Positions 20,045 through 29,571 are shown, counted from the stretch's first letter. The stretch is 64,000 nt of DNA from Theionarchaea archaeon (GCA_018992685.1 JACVGT010000002.1:1-64000), one strand, 5' to 3'. Translations and numbers: made by a program. The notes: a model not told the origin generated them from the letters alone.

Positions 20045-21901
20045 CTATCTCTTTCTGAACACTTCTACAGAACCAAAGAGCAGCAGTATTCCCAGGAGGA
20101 CTGTTCCAAGGCAGCTTCCGCTGTTATCAACAGTCACAGTTATTGTATCGTCATCCACCAACTGACTGCTGGCATTGTATCCTTCAGCCTTCACCGTGTG
20201 GCTGGCGTCAGAGTACTGGGTTGTGTCCCAGCTCCACGAGAATGGGGATGTACTGTCTGTGGCCACGTTCGTGCCGTCTATGTAAAACTTGACGGATGTG
20301 ACTTCTGTGCTGGTGTCTACGGTGACGCTAACTGTGCCAGAAACGGTCTGGCCCTGCGAGGGGTTGGTTATAGAGACTGCTGGAATGACCTTGTATGGAT
20401 TGTCTGCGCAGTCGATAAAGTAGAGGGCACCTTGGTAGTTGTTTGCACACAGTGTGGGCAGCACTGAAGGCGGTGGGTAGAATTCTCCTCCCTCCAACTC
20501 AACTGTGAAGGAGAAGCACGGCATAGCGTCATTCTGTGTTACTCCGTAACTCCAGTCATCAGTAGTCCCAGAAGCCAGGTACAAATCTGCAGACTGCTGA
20601 GCTGTGTATCCAACGTAGCTAGCATACTTGGCACCCATGGTCTCGTGAACCTTTCGGTCGCTTGCATCTGAAATAGCATCATAAGTGTAACCCCACGGCC
20701 AGAGTACTAGCTCGCCGTAAGAGTGGTAGGTCAGTAGCACATTGATATCAGGATGAGCATTGAAGAAGTCCCTTACAACTGCCGTCTCGGGAGCGTCAAA
20801 GGCCTCATACCCCCGGAAGGTGTCACTGGTGCAGTAGCCTGAAGAGCCGCTTCCACCCCATCCGTAGGAGTAGTTTCTGTTCAGATCAGTCCCAATGCCA
20901 CCATCGCATGGCTGTCTGTTCTTTCTCCAGCTGAGTCCGCTGCCTGAGTAGCCACCAGAGTCATCATATACTTTACCATCTGGATTGATGATGGGCACAA
21001 TGTAGATTTCTCTGTTATTCACCAGATCAGTGATTGTCTGATTCGAACCGTAGTTGTCAGTCAGCTGATTTATGATGTACATGGCAACTTCTACTGTAGC
21101 ACATTCTCTTGCGTGGTGCAGGGCACAGAAGAAGATCTCGGCTTCAGATTCTTCAGTTGCAACGTTGTCTGAAATTTTGAGGTATGGGATGGTTCTGCCT
21201 TCATATGAAGTCCCGAGAGAATATACTTTGGCAATGGACGAGTGATCCGATTCAATCTGACTGAGTTCACTGACGACTTCAGCGTAGGTGTGGTACTCAT
21301 CTTCTATTACCAAGATCGACGGGCTGTCCACCACCTCAACGGTAAACCCAGAGAGGCAGAGTGCTATCAGACCTTCATAGGATACTAGAACATTCATGTA
21401 TCCCTCTTTAAGGTTCACTCCTGCAACGTCTACACCACTGATTGCCACCAGGGTTCTCAGGTACTTGTTGTTGGCGTACACTTTGACTTGAAGCTGCTCT
21501 GCTCCAATGTATTGATCGAACTCGGATGTGTCAATTTCCTTCTTCAGCACTGAGTGGGGCAGTTTGATCACGTAATCATTGAGTCCTTTCTGTTTGAGAT
21601 CACTCTTGGCGATAGTCACTACAAAATAGCCTTGTCCAACTCCGGTGACTGTCAAATCAACGTATTTGACAGCTGAAGCTATGGCAAAATGATACTGGAA
21701 CATTGCCATGTCCAGGTCAGTGAACTTACAGGTGATTGTCTTTTTGTCTTCCGAAATCTTTTCCAGTTGCAGGACGACAATATCCTCTTTTTCTCCTGCA
21801 ATCTGAACGTGGACGGTAACTGTGTTTCCGAGTCCAGTGGCTGCTGCAGATAAAGCGAGTATAGCTGTTAGGAATACTAGAGCTCCGATTTTACCTTTCA
21901 T
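20045..21901 (-). CDS. Secreted M14 zinc carboxypeptidase (carboxypeptidase T-like) + Ig-like domain + CLGT-TM-basic tail
   Basis: HHARE, NPDG, WRKNR, DLNRNY, TYHSYGE, FTVEL; GGAGGTGA RBS before ATG 21901. Confidence 0.92.
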   Translation of the reverse strand: MKGKIGALVFLTAILALSAAATGLGNTVTVHVQIAGEKEDIVVLQLEKISEDKKTITCKFTDLDMAMFQYHFAIASAVKYVDLTVTGVGQGYFVVTIAKSDLKQKGLNDYVIKLPHSVLKKEIDTSEFDQYIGAEQLQVKVYANNKYLRTLVAISGVDVAGVNLKEGYMNVLVSYEGLIALCLSGFTVEVVDSPSILVIEDEYHTYAEVVSELSQIESDHSSIAKVYSLGTSYEGRTIPYLKISDNVATEESEAEIFFCALHHARECATVEVAMYIINQLTDNYGSNQTITDLVNNREIYIVPIINPDGKVYDDSGGYSGSGLSWRKNRQPCDGGIGTDLNRNYSYGWGGSGSSGYCTSDTFRGYEAFDAPETAVVRDFFNAHPDINVLLTYHSYGELVLWPWGYTYDAISDASDRKVHETMGAKYASYVGYTAQQSADLYLASGTTDDWSYGVTQNDAMPCFSFTVELEGGEFYPPPSVLPTLCANNYQGALYFIDCADNPYKVIPAVSITNPSQGQTVSGTVSVTVDTSTEVTSVKFYIDGTNVATDSTSPFSWSWDTTQYSDASHTVKAEGYNASSQLVDDDTITVTVDNSGSCLGTVLLGILLLFGSVEVFRKR

Positions 21902-22019
21902 GTCTTTCACCTCCTTTTGATTTGTCTCATTAGTGAGCTAATGAGCGTGATGCATGATATGATACGGTATGATGTGGTGAGCGTAAAAGAGAAATAAAAA
22001 AGAAAAAAAGATGAATGAT

Positions 22020-22641
22020 TTATCTCCGCTTGAGTGCTACACCCAGCAATACGAGAGCAGATACAAAGGCAGTTCCAAGGCAGGTACCGCCACACTCACA
22101 ACCACAATCTCCATCAGCTGGTGGAGACACACTGGGGTTGCTGATGATCTGCTGTACCGCAGCGTATGCATCTACACGGCCCCATCCCCACAGGCAGTCT
22201 TTGTTGACATTGCCCTTGTCGATGGCAGTTGCACCCATGCAGTTCTTGACCTGCAACGGGGTGGCTGTACCACGGGCATCCAGCATCAAGGCAGCAACAC
22301 CTGCAATGTGCGGTGTGGCCATTGAAGTACCAGACATGGCAACATCACTGCATGAGGTTCCTGCATCGGCAGCGTAGATTGACACACCAGGAGCTGTGAT
22401 GTCGGGCTTTATCCTGTCGTCAGTGGTAGGACCTCTGGAAGAGAAGCTGGCAAGAGCATCTGACTTGTCAGAAGCACCAACAGTGATGACATCTGTTGCA
22501 TCACCAGGTGTGCTAATGGTGCAGCAAGTTGAACCATCATTTCCAGCAGCACAAGCAACGACAGCGCCCTGACCTACAGCCCAGTTGCACTCCTGAGCCA
22601 AGGTGCTGGTACCGTCGCCACCGCTTCCACCTAAGGACAGA
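22020..22641. repeat. Near-identical direct repeat, copy B
   Basis: Matches 15939-16560. Confidence 0.9.
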
Positions 22642-23570
22642 GACAATACATCTGCTCCCTGAGCGACTGCCCAGTCAATACCCTGGACGATAGCAGTTGT
22701 GGTACCGGACCCGGAAGAGTTCAGCACCTTTGCACCCATCAATGAAGCAGCCTTGGCTACACCATATGGTGATGCAGCACCTGCAGCAATGGATGCGCAG
22801 TGAGTACCGTGTCCATGGTCATCGTAGGCTGTGGTCTTGCTGTTGACATAGTCCACGAATTTCACAATCTTCCCAGAGGGGAAGTCACAGTGGTTGGGGT
22901 CAATACCAGTGTCAATGATGCAGATCTTAATTCCAGCACCATCGTATCCGGCATTCCAGCAGTCATCTGCGTTGATCAGAGGTACACTGGAAGACAGTGT
23001 TGCGTAGACAATGGCGTCATCTTCCAGGAACAGAATTCCAGCATCCTCAGACAGTGCCTTGATGTTGGAAACAGCGATGGTCATGGATGCTCCCAGTCCA
23101 CTGGCAAACTCGTAGGTGACTGTACCGAATTTGGTGAGGTCGACAGCTCCGCCCTTGTACATAACCATGATGTCCATCAGATCATTGCCGTTCTTTCCAG
23201 CGATCTTGTCCTTCAAGTTCCACTTGATCTTGGTGACATCGTTGGGGACGACAGCGACGAATTCATTGTCACCCACCTCAGTCAGATATGCTTTGGGGAT
23301 GCCAAAGGTCGTCTCATTGATCTGGACAATGGGCAGCTTGTCAACGTTGATCTCCTTCTCGATTCTGTTGAGCATTCCGGGGTTGACGTTAACATAAATG
23401 TAGCCGGAGTCTTCACCAGTGATGTCAACGTTGAGTTTCAGAACGTCTCTTCCCTCAAATCCGAAAGTTTGAACGTGAATTGTTGCGTTGGTGGGCTTAG
23501 CACTAACAGCAATCAGTGAGAAAACAAGCATAGCCACTGTAGCAAGCACAAATACCTTTCGCGTTTTCAT
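22020..23570 (-). CDS. Secreted subtilisin-like S8 protease, copy 2, with CLGT-TM-basic tail
   Basis: IIDTG / HGHGTH / GTSMATPH; GGAGGTGA RBS; C-terminus identical to copy 1. Confidence 0.93.
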   Translation of the reverse strand: MKTRKVFVLATVAMLVFSLIAVSAKPTNATIHVQTFGFEGRDVLKLNVDITGEDSGYIYVNVNPGMLNRIEKEINVDKLPIVQINETTFGIPKAYLTEVGDNEFVAVVPNDVTKIKWNLKDKIAGKNGNDLMDIMVMYKGGAVDLTKFGTVTYEFASGLGASMTIAVSNIKALSEDAGILFLEDDAIVYATLSSSVPLINADDCWNAGYDGAGIKICIIDTGIDPNHCDFPSGKIVKFVDYVNSKTTAYDDHGHGTHCASIAAGAASPYGVAKAASLMGAKVLNSSGSGTTTAIVQGIDWAVAQGADVLSLSLGGSGGDGTSTLAQECNWAVGQGAVVACAAGNDGSTCCTISTPGDATDVITVGASDKSDALASFSSRGPTTDDRIKPDITAPGVSIYAADAGTSCSDVAMSGTSMATPHIAGVAALMLDARGTATPLQVKNCMGATAIDKGNVNKDCLWGWGRVDAYAAVQQIISNPSVSPPADGDCGCECGGTCLGTAFVSALVLLGVALKRR

Positions 23571-23645
23571 TCTTTTTCACCTCCTTTGCGTATTTTGACA
23601 GCCTGCGAATAGATTCTTACAGGCAATCATACATCTTCTGTTCAC

Positions 23646-23666
23646 CTATATAAACTTTTCGGTTAG
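23646..23666 (-). promoter_or_regulatory. Archaeal BRE+TATA promoter of the S8 copy 2 / M14 unit
   Basis: Minus strand TAACCGAAAAGTTTATATAG. Confidence 0.75.
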
Positions 23667-23726
23667 TGGGCAAATGAAATCCTCTCCAGTACTGAAAGAA
23701 AGAAATTCCGAAAGAATTGATGAATA

Positions 23727-24929
23727 TCACAGAGATATCCCAAGATGATAGATCAGGATCGGAAGGAGGAGAGCACCCATACAATGTGATCGGCGTATGG
23801 CCAGAAAAAGCGGAAGAAGTCCGATAAGGCAACCAACTCCCATCAGTGCAACCCCTCTTACCCCGGTCATTACCCATACCAGTATGACCAGCATGCAACA
23901 AGTGCCAGCCACTACCGCGGTGTAGTGGACACGAGATAAGAGCTTCAGCATCTGTCGAGCAATAAAGAGAGCAGCAACAGATGCTATTCCAGCTGCAAGG
24001 AGTCCACAAGATAGGAGTTGCGCCAGCGCTGCTCTATCTACTTGGATCAGGTTCTGGATGGCAGCTACTGCCCCACTCCGTGCCTTTCCAACAGTATATG
24101 CTACAATGAGAGCATACACAGCATTTGCGGTGTTGACCCCAGAGACTGCCACCAGAAATGCCCTGGGAGAAGATCTCACGGAAATGACAGCAGTCGCATG
24201 AGCAGGGCCGATTCCTGGAAAGAGTGACACAAAAATGCCTGCCACTGCTCCCTTTGCCATATTCAGCATGATTTGAATCTGGCTCAGGTGGATTCTGGAG
24301 TCAACGGGCTGAAGGGGAAGGGTTGCTGAACAAGTTGCGCTTACCAGTAAAGTACTCATTCCAAATAACCCACAGAACATAGGAAATAAGACAAGATCAC
24401 TGCTGACCAAAGGAGAGTTCAGGGCGATGTATCCATAGATTCCTGATATCAGAAAGACCACACAGGCTGCCGAAATCCTGTAGAGAGTCCTTTCAGAACC
24501 AGCCATTAGAACCACAAATCCCAGCAGGATATATGCCAGGTACGGATTGATGGCCACATAGATGCAAGGAATTACCAGGACCAGCAGTGGGACCAATGCA
24601 CATGATATCATCAATGATCCCAAACTTCCTATTATCGTGAGCTTGATTGCTTCGTATCCCCTTCCCTGGAGAAGCAGCCGATGTGCTGGCAGAATACTCA
24701 GGGCAGTGTCTTCGTCGGGGACCCCAAATAATGTGGATGGAATGAAGTCTAGAAATGTATGGGTCACAGCCAGGGAGAAAATGAGGACAGCGCCCATGGT
24801 TCCGGAAATAGGAAGCAGCACCACAAATGGCAACAGCGTATTGACGTGTAATCCTGGAGTCAATCCGGTAATAATTCCGAGACAGACCCCCGCTCCGCAC
24901 ATACTGGTAAATACTAGAACTTCATGCAC
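23727..24929 (-). CDS. TctA/DUF112-family membrane protein (archaeal type)
   Basis: GLTPGLHVN, THTFLDFIPS, ILPAHRLLLQGRG, GLFG, RSG. Confidence 0.85.
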   Translation of the reverse strand: MHEVLVFTSMCGAGVCLGIITGLTPGLHVNTLLPFVVLLPISGTMGAVLIFSLAVTHTFLDFIPSTLFGVPDEDTALSILPAHRLLLQGRGYEAIKLTIIGSLGSLMISCALVPLLVLVIPCIYVAINPYLAYILLGFVVLMAGSERTLYRISAACVVFLISGIYGYIALNSPLVSSDLVLFPMFCGLFGMSTLLVSATCSATLPLQPVDSRIHLSQIQIMLNMAKGAVAGIFVSLFPGIGPAHATAVISVRSSPRAFLVAVSGVNTANAVYALIVAYTVGKARSGAVAAIQNLIQVDRAALAQLLSCGLLAAGIASVAALFIARQMLKLLSRVHYTAVVAGTCCMLVILVWVMTGVRGVALMGVGCLIGLLPLFLAIRRSHCMGALLLPILIYHLGISL

Positions 24930-25857
24930 AGATGGTCACCGGTATAAGTTCCACCTTCCCATTGTACAGATGAACGATCCCGGTCACCGTGAGGGACTGA
25001 TCTTCATGAAATGAGTTCACATCCACCTGCAACTGAGACTGCAAATCAGAGAAAATAGGGACAAGAATCGATCCTGTAGAATCTTCAATCACCATGAAAA
25101 TGTGTCCATTGGATGCAGTCACTGATTCAATGATGCCCGATATGGTTATGGGGTATCCTTCAGGCATTCTTCTTGCCTGCGCAATAGAGTCTACTGCCAG
25201 GGGTTCCCAGGTGTAGTAGAGAACTCTTACCGTTTGGCCACTCTGGACGCCGAACCCCTTGACGGTACCTGGAGAAAGTGGACAGAAGGAGACAAATGTG
25301 CGGTAGTCTCCGTACAGGAGAAATGTACTGGAGCTACCTCCAGTTGAAATGTCACATATTCTTCCTTCCAAAGACACCAACGGGATCTGGAGACACCTTT
25401 CAATAAGGAGCTGACCTTCCTTCGTTGATCCTGCGAGAGCGTAGTCGCCGTCCGCCAGTGGGACAGAGAATGTACCCTGTTCTGTGTACAATACTGAATT
25501 GACACATCTTCCATAAATGACGTTGGCTGCGCTCCATTTCTTGGGGATAAGTTCGAGCCTTCCTTTGTACAACGATACTGTCCCCTCGACCTGGAGTAAA
25601 TCTCCCACCGATATCTTGTCTGAAAAATTGAATAAAGGTACCAGAATAGGAGAACCATCAAAAAGCGTAACAAAGGTGTGCTCTTGATTCTGGAACGTTT
25701 CCCACACAATGCCTTCACAGGCAACGTATGAGCCGGGCTCACTCACAGATGATATCGGACATAGTACAGGATGTGACAGATGGACTGCAGCGGCCAGCCC
25801 GGCTAGGCCGCACACAGCACAGACTGCAGCCCCCATGGTAATGCCCATGTTTTTCAT
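24922..25857 (-). CDS. Membrane-anchored multi-OB-fold protein
   Basis: N-terminal hydrophobic segment; two OB-like units ending VEGTVSLYKGRLELIP and VTGIVHLYNGKVELIP. Confidence 0.65.
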   Translation of the reverse strand: MKNMGITMGAAVCAVCGLAGLAAAVHLSHPVLCPISSVSEPGSYVACEGIVWETFQNQEHTFVTLFDGSPILVPLFNFSDKISVGDLLQVEGTVSLYKGRLELIPKKWSAANVIYGRCVNSVLYTEQGTFSVPLADGDYALAGSTKEGQLLIERCLQIPLVSLEGRICDISTGGSSSTFLLYGDYRTFVSFCPLSPGTVKGFGVQSGQTVRVLYYTWEPLAVDSIAQARRMPEGYPITISGIIESVTASNGHIFMVIEDSTGSILVPIFSDLQSQLQVDVNSFHEDQSLTVTGIVHLYNGKVELIPVTICA

Positions 25858-26035
25858 GAGGCGTCCCCTCTGTAAGAGGCTATAACCCTTTGGTGTGCAC
25901 TTCAGAGTGCTGACTGATAGATACTGATAGTAGGAAAGGAAAACCTTTTAACGGTTTAGTGGAATGTCTGTACATCATGAGCTCTTCACATTCAATGAGA
26001 TATTGCTTGAAGAGTTCTCTCGCGGAAGTGGGATC

Positions 26036-26728
26036 GTGAAATACCAATGGGTCATTTCTGTTCTGGTAGGGATGGTGCTTCTTACACCACTTGGCCAGGC
26101 CGGTACCGAGTATGTGTGGACTGAGAGAGGGTGTAATGCATCATATACTGTTGGAGAGAAGATCACAGTCTATTTTGTAACGATCAAGGATGTAGAATTT
26201 GAATTGTGGGCCTATGACGTTCTTATGAGAGAAACCGTGCTTGCATCAGGAGTAGGTGACGGAAGTACTTTCTTCGTTGAAGTAACTGCATCCATGCCGT
26301 CTGGCCCGTTCACCTTTGTGCTGAAGATGCCCTGCAATGAGGAATGCGAGGCATGTCTGTGTGATCTTGACCAGTGTACGCTGCACATCCAGGAGGAGGA
26401 GTGCGAAGGCCACTGCTCCAACGGCAAGCAGGACTGCGGAGAACGCGGTATAGACTGCGGCGGGGGATGTCCCTTCACGGATTCTGATGATGATGGAATA
26501 GAAGATTGCAGGGACCAATGTCCTGATACTGAGTGCAGAAGTATTAGTTTGAATGGATGCGAATTGGATTCAGATGGTGATTCCATCGGCGATTGTTCGG
26601 ACCAGTGTCCTTTGAGGAGAGGAGACTTATCCAATGGTGGATGCCCCACCGGGATGAATTATCCCCTGTATCTGGTAGGGGGTGTAGCAATTGTGGCAGC
26701 AGGCATTGCCGTGTGGAAGCTCAGATAG
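26036..26728 (+). CDS. Cys-rich secreted protein with thrombospondin type-3-like Ca-binding repeats and C-terminal TM anchor
   Basis: DSDDDGIEDCRDQCP and DSDGDSIGDCSDQCP; CSNGKQDCGERGIDCGGGC; TM + KLR; start GTG 26036 inferred. Confidence 0.7.
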   Translation: MKYQWVISVLVGMVLLTPLGQAGTEYVWTERGCNASYTVGEKITVYFVTIKDVEFELWAYDVLMRETVLASGVGDGSTFFVEVTASMPSGPFTFVLKMPCNEECEACLCDLDQCTLHIQEEECEGHCSNGKQDCGERGIDCGGGCPFTDSDDDGIEDCRDQCPDTECRSISLNGCELDSDGDSIGDCSDQCPLRRGDLSNGGCPTGMNYPLYLVGGVAIVAAGIAVWKLR

Positions 26729-26732
26729 CAGG

Positions 26733-27155
26733 TTATTTCTGTTCAGGGCAGCATTCTCCTCTAGGTATGCCGTTCCCGTGTGGGCATTCCCGCGGATGAT
26801 CCAGGAATATGCACAGCTTTGTGGCAACTTCGCTTGAAATTGAATGCTCGCAAGAACAGGCAATTTCCTCAATATCTCTCCTGTCGATGTGAACTACTCT
26901 GTTCAGAAGCACTTCCATGAGTCTGTGGGCTCTTACTATTTGTTTGGCCTCTGTCTCCCCCTTTTCGGTCATAATAATCCCCTTTTGCCTTCTGTACGTG
27001 ACCAGCCCCTTTTTCTCCAGTTTTCTCAACATTTCTACGGCACTGGGGGGCTGCACATCCAGCAGCTGGGCTATATCCCTGATTCGACAGATACTGTCAC
27101 CGCTTTCCCTCAGGTACCACAGAGCTTCCAGATATTCTTCCCCGCTTTCACTCAT
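26733..27155 (-). CDS. DtxR/MntR-family metal-dependent repressor
   Basis: EEYLEAL, HTH, RAHRLMEVLL, CEH, PRECPHGNGIP; ATGA overlap with feoB. Confidence 0.92.
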   Translation of the reverse strand: MSESGEEYLEALWYLRESGDSICRIRDIAQLLDVQPPSAVEMLRKLEKKGLVTYRRQKGIIMTEKGETEAKQIVRAHRLMEVLLNRVVHIDRRDIEEIACSCEHSISSEVATKLCIFLDHPRECPHGNGIPRGECCPEQK

Positions 27156-29053
27156 ATCAAAATCCCTCCTGCTCTCACCAAGAGAGCCAGAATCACCGCC
27201 AGCCCAGTTGTCAAGAATACAATGGACACCGTTCTTTGGATCCCAAATTCCTTTAACAGAACGCCAATGGTAGCAACACATGGAACATAAAACATGACGA
27301 ACACCGTGAATGTCAAGACCTGTACTCGTGTCAGAACGTTGAGCACCTGAGATGTACCCAGAGCCTGGATCAACATGACCAGAGAGAGTTCTTTCTTCAA
27401 TACACCAAATACGAGAGTCACTCCCACTGCAGCGGGGAGGCCCAGCACCATTGTGATTGGGCTGAGAGCCTGGTTAATGGAGAAATCAACTCCTACGTAG
27501 GTCATGAGACTGAGCACAGAACTTCCTCCTATGAGAAGAGGCCATGCAATGTATATAAACTCTCTCACCCGAAGCCAGGTTTTCAACAACACGTTCTTTA
27601 CAGAAGGAACGTGGTACGTTGGAATTTCAAGGATGAGTCCCGGGGTAACCTCCGGCATGAACCGAGACATGACAAGACCCAGTGCTACGACCACTACTAT
27701 ATTGAAGGCGTAAAGACCTAAAGCAGCATTGGGAGATATGAAAAAGGCTACCAACCCTAAAATTACGGTAGTCCGGGCAGCACAGGGTATAAGAGTTGAT
27801 AAGGTGGCTGTAATGAAACGATCCCGTTCAGATTCCAGAATTCGAGTGGCCATTATTGCAGGAACAGTACACCCATACCCCAGTATGACGGGTATTACAG
27901 CCTTCCCGTGGAGACCAATCCTGTGCAGGAACGTATCCATGAGAAAAGCTATCCGGGGCAAGTACCCGATATCTTCTAGAATGGCAAGTCCAATCAGGAA
28001 AGGGACCAGGTAGGGCAGGACAATACCCACCCCTCCAGAGAATCCTTCCAGCACGCCTTCAGCCATTTCCAGTGGCAGCCCGCTCAGATACTCCGACAGG
28101 TGAGGCATGAGGTGTTCAAACGCGTGAAGAACGTAAGATTCCACGATTTGGCCAATTCCGAAAACCACATTAAAAAAGACGTAGAGGATAACAGCCAGGG
28201 CAACATATCCTCCGTACCTGTGCATTAGTACATCATCGAGCCGGTCTCTCAGAGAGATCTCGGGCTCTGTGACTACTCCTACTTTTTCGAAAATATTCAT
28301 AGCCTGGGCGTGCCTTTCTGAGGAGATTACTACATCTGCAGCTCTTCCGTGGGATTTTTCCAGTCGGCTTTGAAAGGTTCGCACCTTCTCCAGGATTTGT
28401 GAGTCTCCAATCGATTCTATGAAAAACTGGTCATTCTCCAGGAGTTTCAGTGCCAGAAGTCTGGATGGCACGTTTAAGGTTTCACTCTCTCCTATGAGTT
28501 CTCTTTCCAGTTCTGTTATAACCTTCTCGATATCTTTGCTGAACTCAATCTTGTGAGACAGGGTTCCTGCTCGAGCAGTGGCTATGGCAGCCTGGAATAC
28601 TTCTCTGATTCCCTTTCCCTTGACTGCAACAGCAGTTACCACTGGGATTCCCAAAATTCTCTTCAGCTGCTCTGTGTCTATATGTATTCCCTTTCGTTCT
28701 GCTTCATCCATCATGTTCAAGACAAGTACCAGAGGAATATCCAACTCTGCGATCTGAATGGTTAGTTCCAGGCTTCGTGACAGCCGGGAAGCGTCAACTA
28801 CATTGACGACCACGTCTGCTTCCTTTCGCAACAAGTACGTGCGGGCTTCAAGTTCTGCAAGATCAAAAGAAGTCAAGGAATACGTTCCCGGAAGATCCAC
28901 CACATCCAGGATCTGACCTGAAAACTGAACACGGGATTCGTTGTATTTCACCGTTTTTCCAGGGAAATTGGAGGTCACTGTCTTGTATCCAGCGATTTGG
29001 TTGAAAAGGGTACTCTTGCCGGAATTGGGTTGTCCTGCCATGGCCACGATCAT
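27152..29053 (-). CDS. feoB: Ferrous iron transporter FeoB
   Basis: GQPNSGKST, NFPGKTV, DLPGTYSL, NMMD, GYGCTVPA, YVPCVAT. Confidence 0.95.
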   Translation of the reverse strand: MIVAMAGQPNSGKSTLFNQIAGYKTVTSNFPGKTVKYNESRVQFSGQILDVVDLPGTYSLTSFDLAELEARTYLLRKEADVVVNVVDASRLSRSLELTIQIAELDIPLVLVLNMMDEAERKGIHIDTEQLKRILGIPVVTAVAVKGKGIREVFQAAIATARAGTLSHKIEFSKDIEKVITELERELIGESETLNVPSRLLALKLLENDQFFIESIGDSQILEKVRTFQSRLEKSHGRAADVVISSERHAQAMNIFEKVGVVTEPEISLRDRLDDVLMHRYGGYVALAVILYVFFNVVFGIGQIVESYVLHAFEHLMPHLSEYLSGLPLEMAEGVLEGFSGGVGIVLPYLVPFLIGLAILEDIGYLPRIAFLMDTFLHRIGLHGKAVIPVILGYGCTVPAIMATRILESERDRFITATLSTLIPCAARTTVILGLVAFFISPNAALGLYAFNIVVVVALGLVMSRFMPEVTPGLILEIPTYHVPSVKNVLLKTWLRVREFIYIAWPLLIGGSSVLSLMTYVGVDFSINQALSPITMVLGLPAAVGVTLVFGVLKKELSLVMLIQALGTSQVLNVLTRVQVLTFTVFVMFYVPCVATIGVLLKEFGIQRTVSIVFLTTGLAVILALLVRAGGILI

Positions 29054-29289
29054 CTGATAACCTCAACTGTCACCTTCATGGCAACCCCTCGTCCCAGAGC
29101 GACCTCACACGAGTTGACCTGCACTCTGACTGGACCTCTCCACAGGCTAGAGTTGGCCATGGTCACGACCTGTCCCGGGAGTATCCCCATCTCACACAGT
29201 CTCTGTCTGAGACCCCATCCTCCCTGCACTTCTACCACTGTTGCCTTTTGGCCAGGTTCCAGAGTATCCAATGTCTGAATTAGGCTCAC
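29050..29289 (-). CDS. feoA: FeoA
   Basis: RLCEMGILPG, ALGRGVAMKV; overlaps the feoB start. Confidence 0.92.
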   Translation of the reverse strand: MSLIQTLDTLEPGQKATVVEVQGGWGLRQRLCEMGILPGQVVTMANSSLWRGPVRVQVNSCEVALGRGVAMKVTVEVIR

Positions 29290-29293
29290 CTAA
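29280..29293. promoter_or_regulatory. Palindromic DtxR-family operator TTAGG-N4-CCTAA overlapping the feoA start
   Basis: TTAGGCTCACCTAA, about 20 nt downstream of TATA box TTTATAAG (29319-29312, minus); the cognate repressor is in the same operon. Confidence 0.75.
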
Positions 29294-29571
29294 CTTTCTA
29301 GTGAGGGCAAACTTATAAACCTTACGGTTGCTGAAGTGCTTGGAACTGAGGTGGCCTTTGAGGTGACTTTGTCAGTATAATCTCCACACAACACAAGGTC
29401 TCAGGTAGAATTGGGCTGGTAAAGAGGTATTATTCAGGTTCAAGCTTAGAATACCTTCAAAAGGAATGTAAGAAGAAAAGTATTTAAGGAAAGCAGAGGA
29501 AAAAGAGAAAGAGAGTCTTGGAGTTATTGTCTTGCATCAGAATGAGTCCTATGAATGTGGAGGGAAACAAA

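Noticed and set aside
15949-22377. Two near-identical plus-strand ORFs (15949-16296 and 22015-22377) that look like a repeated small gene
   Set aside because: Antisense by-products of the duplicated subtilase 3' ends.
15939-22641. Composite transposon bounded by the long direct repeats
   Set aside because: The repeats are protease coding sequence; no transposase, terminal inverted repeats or target duplication.
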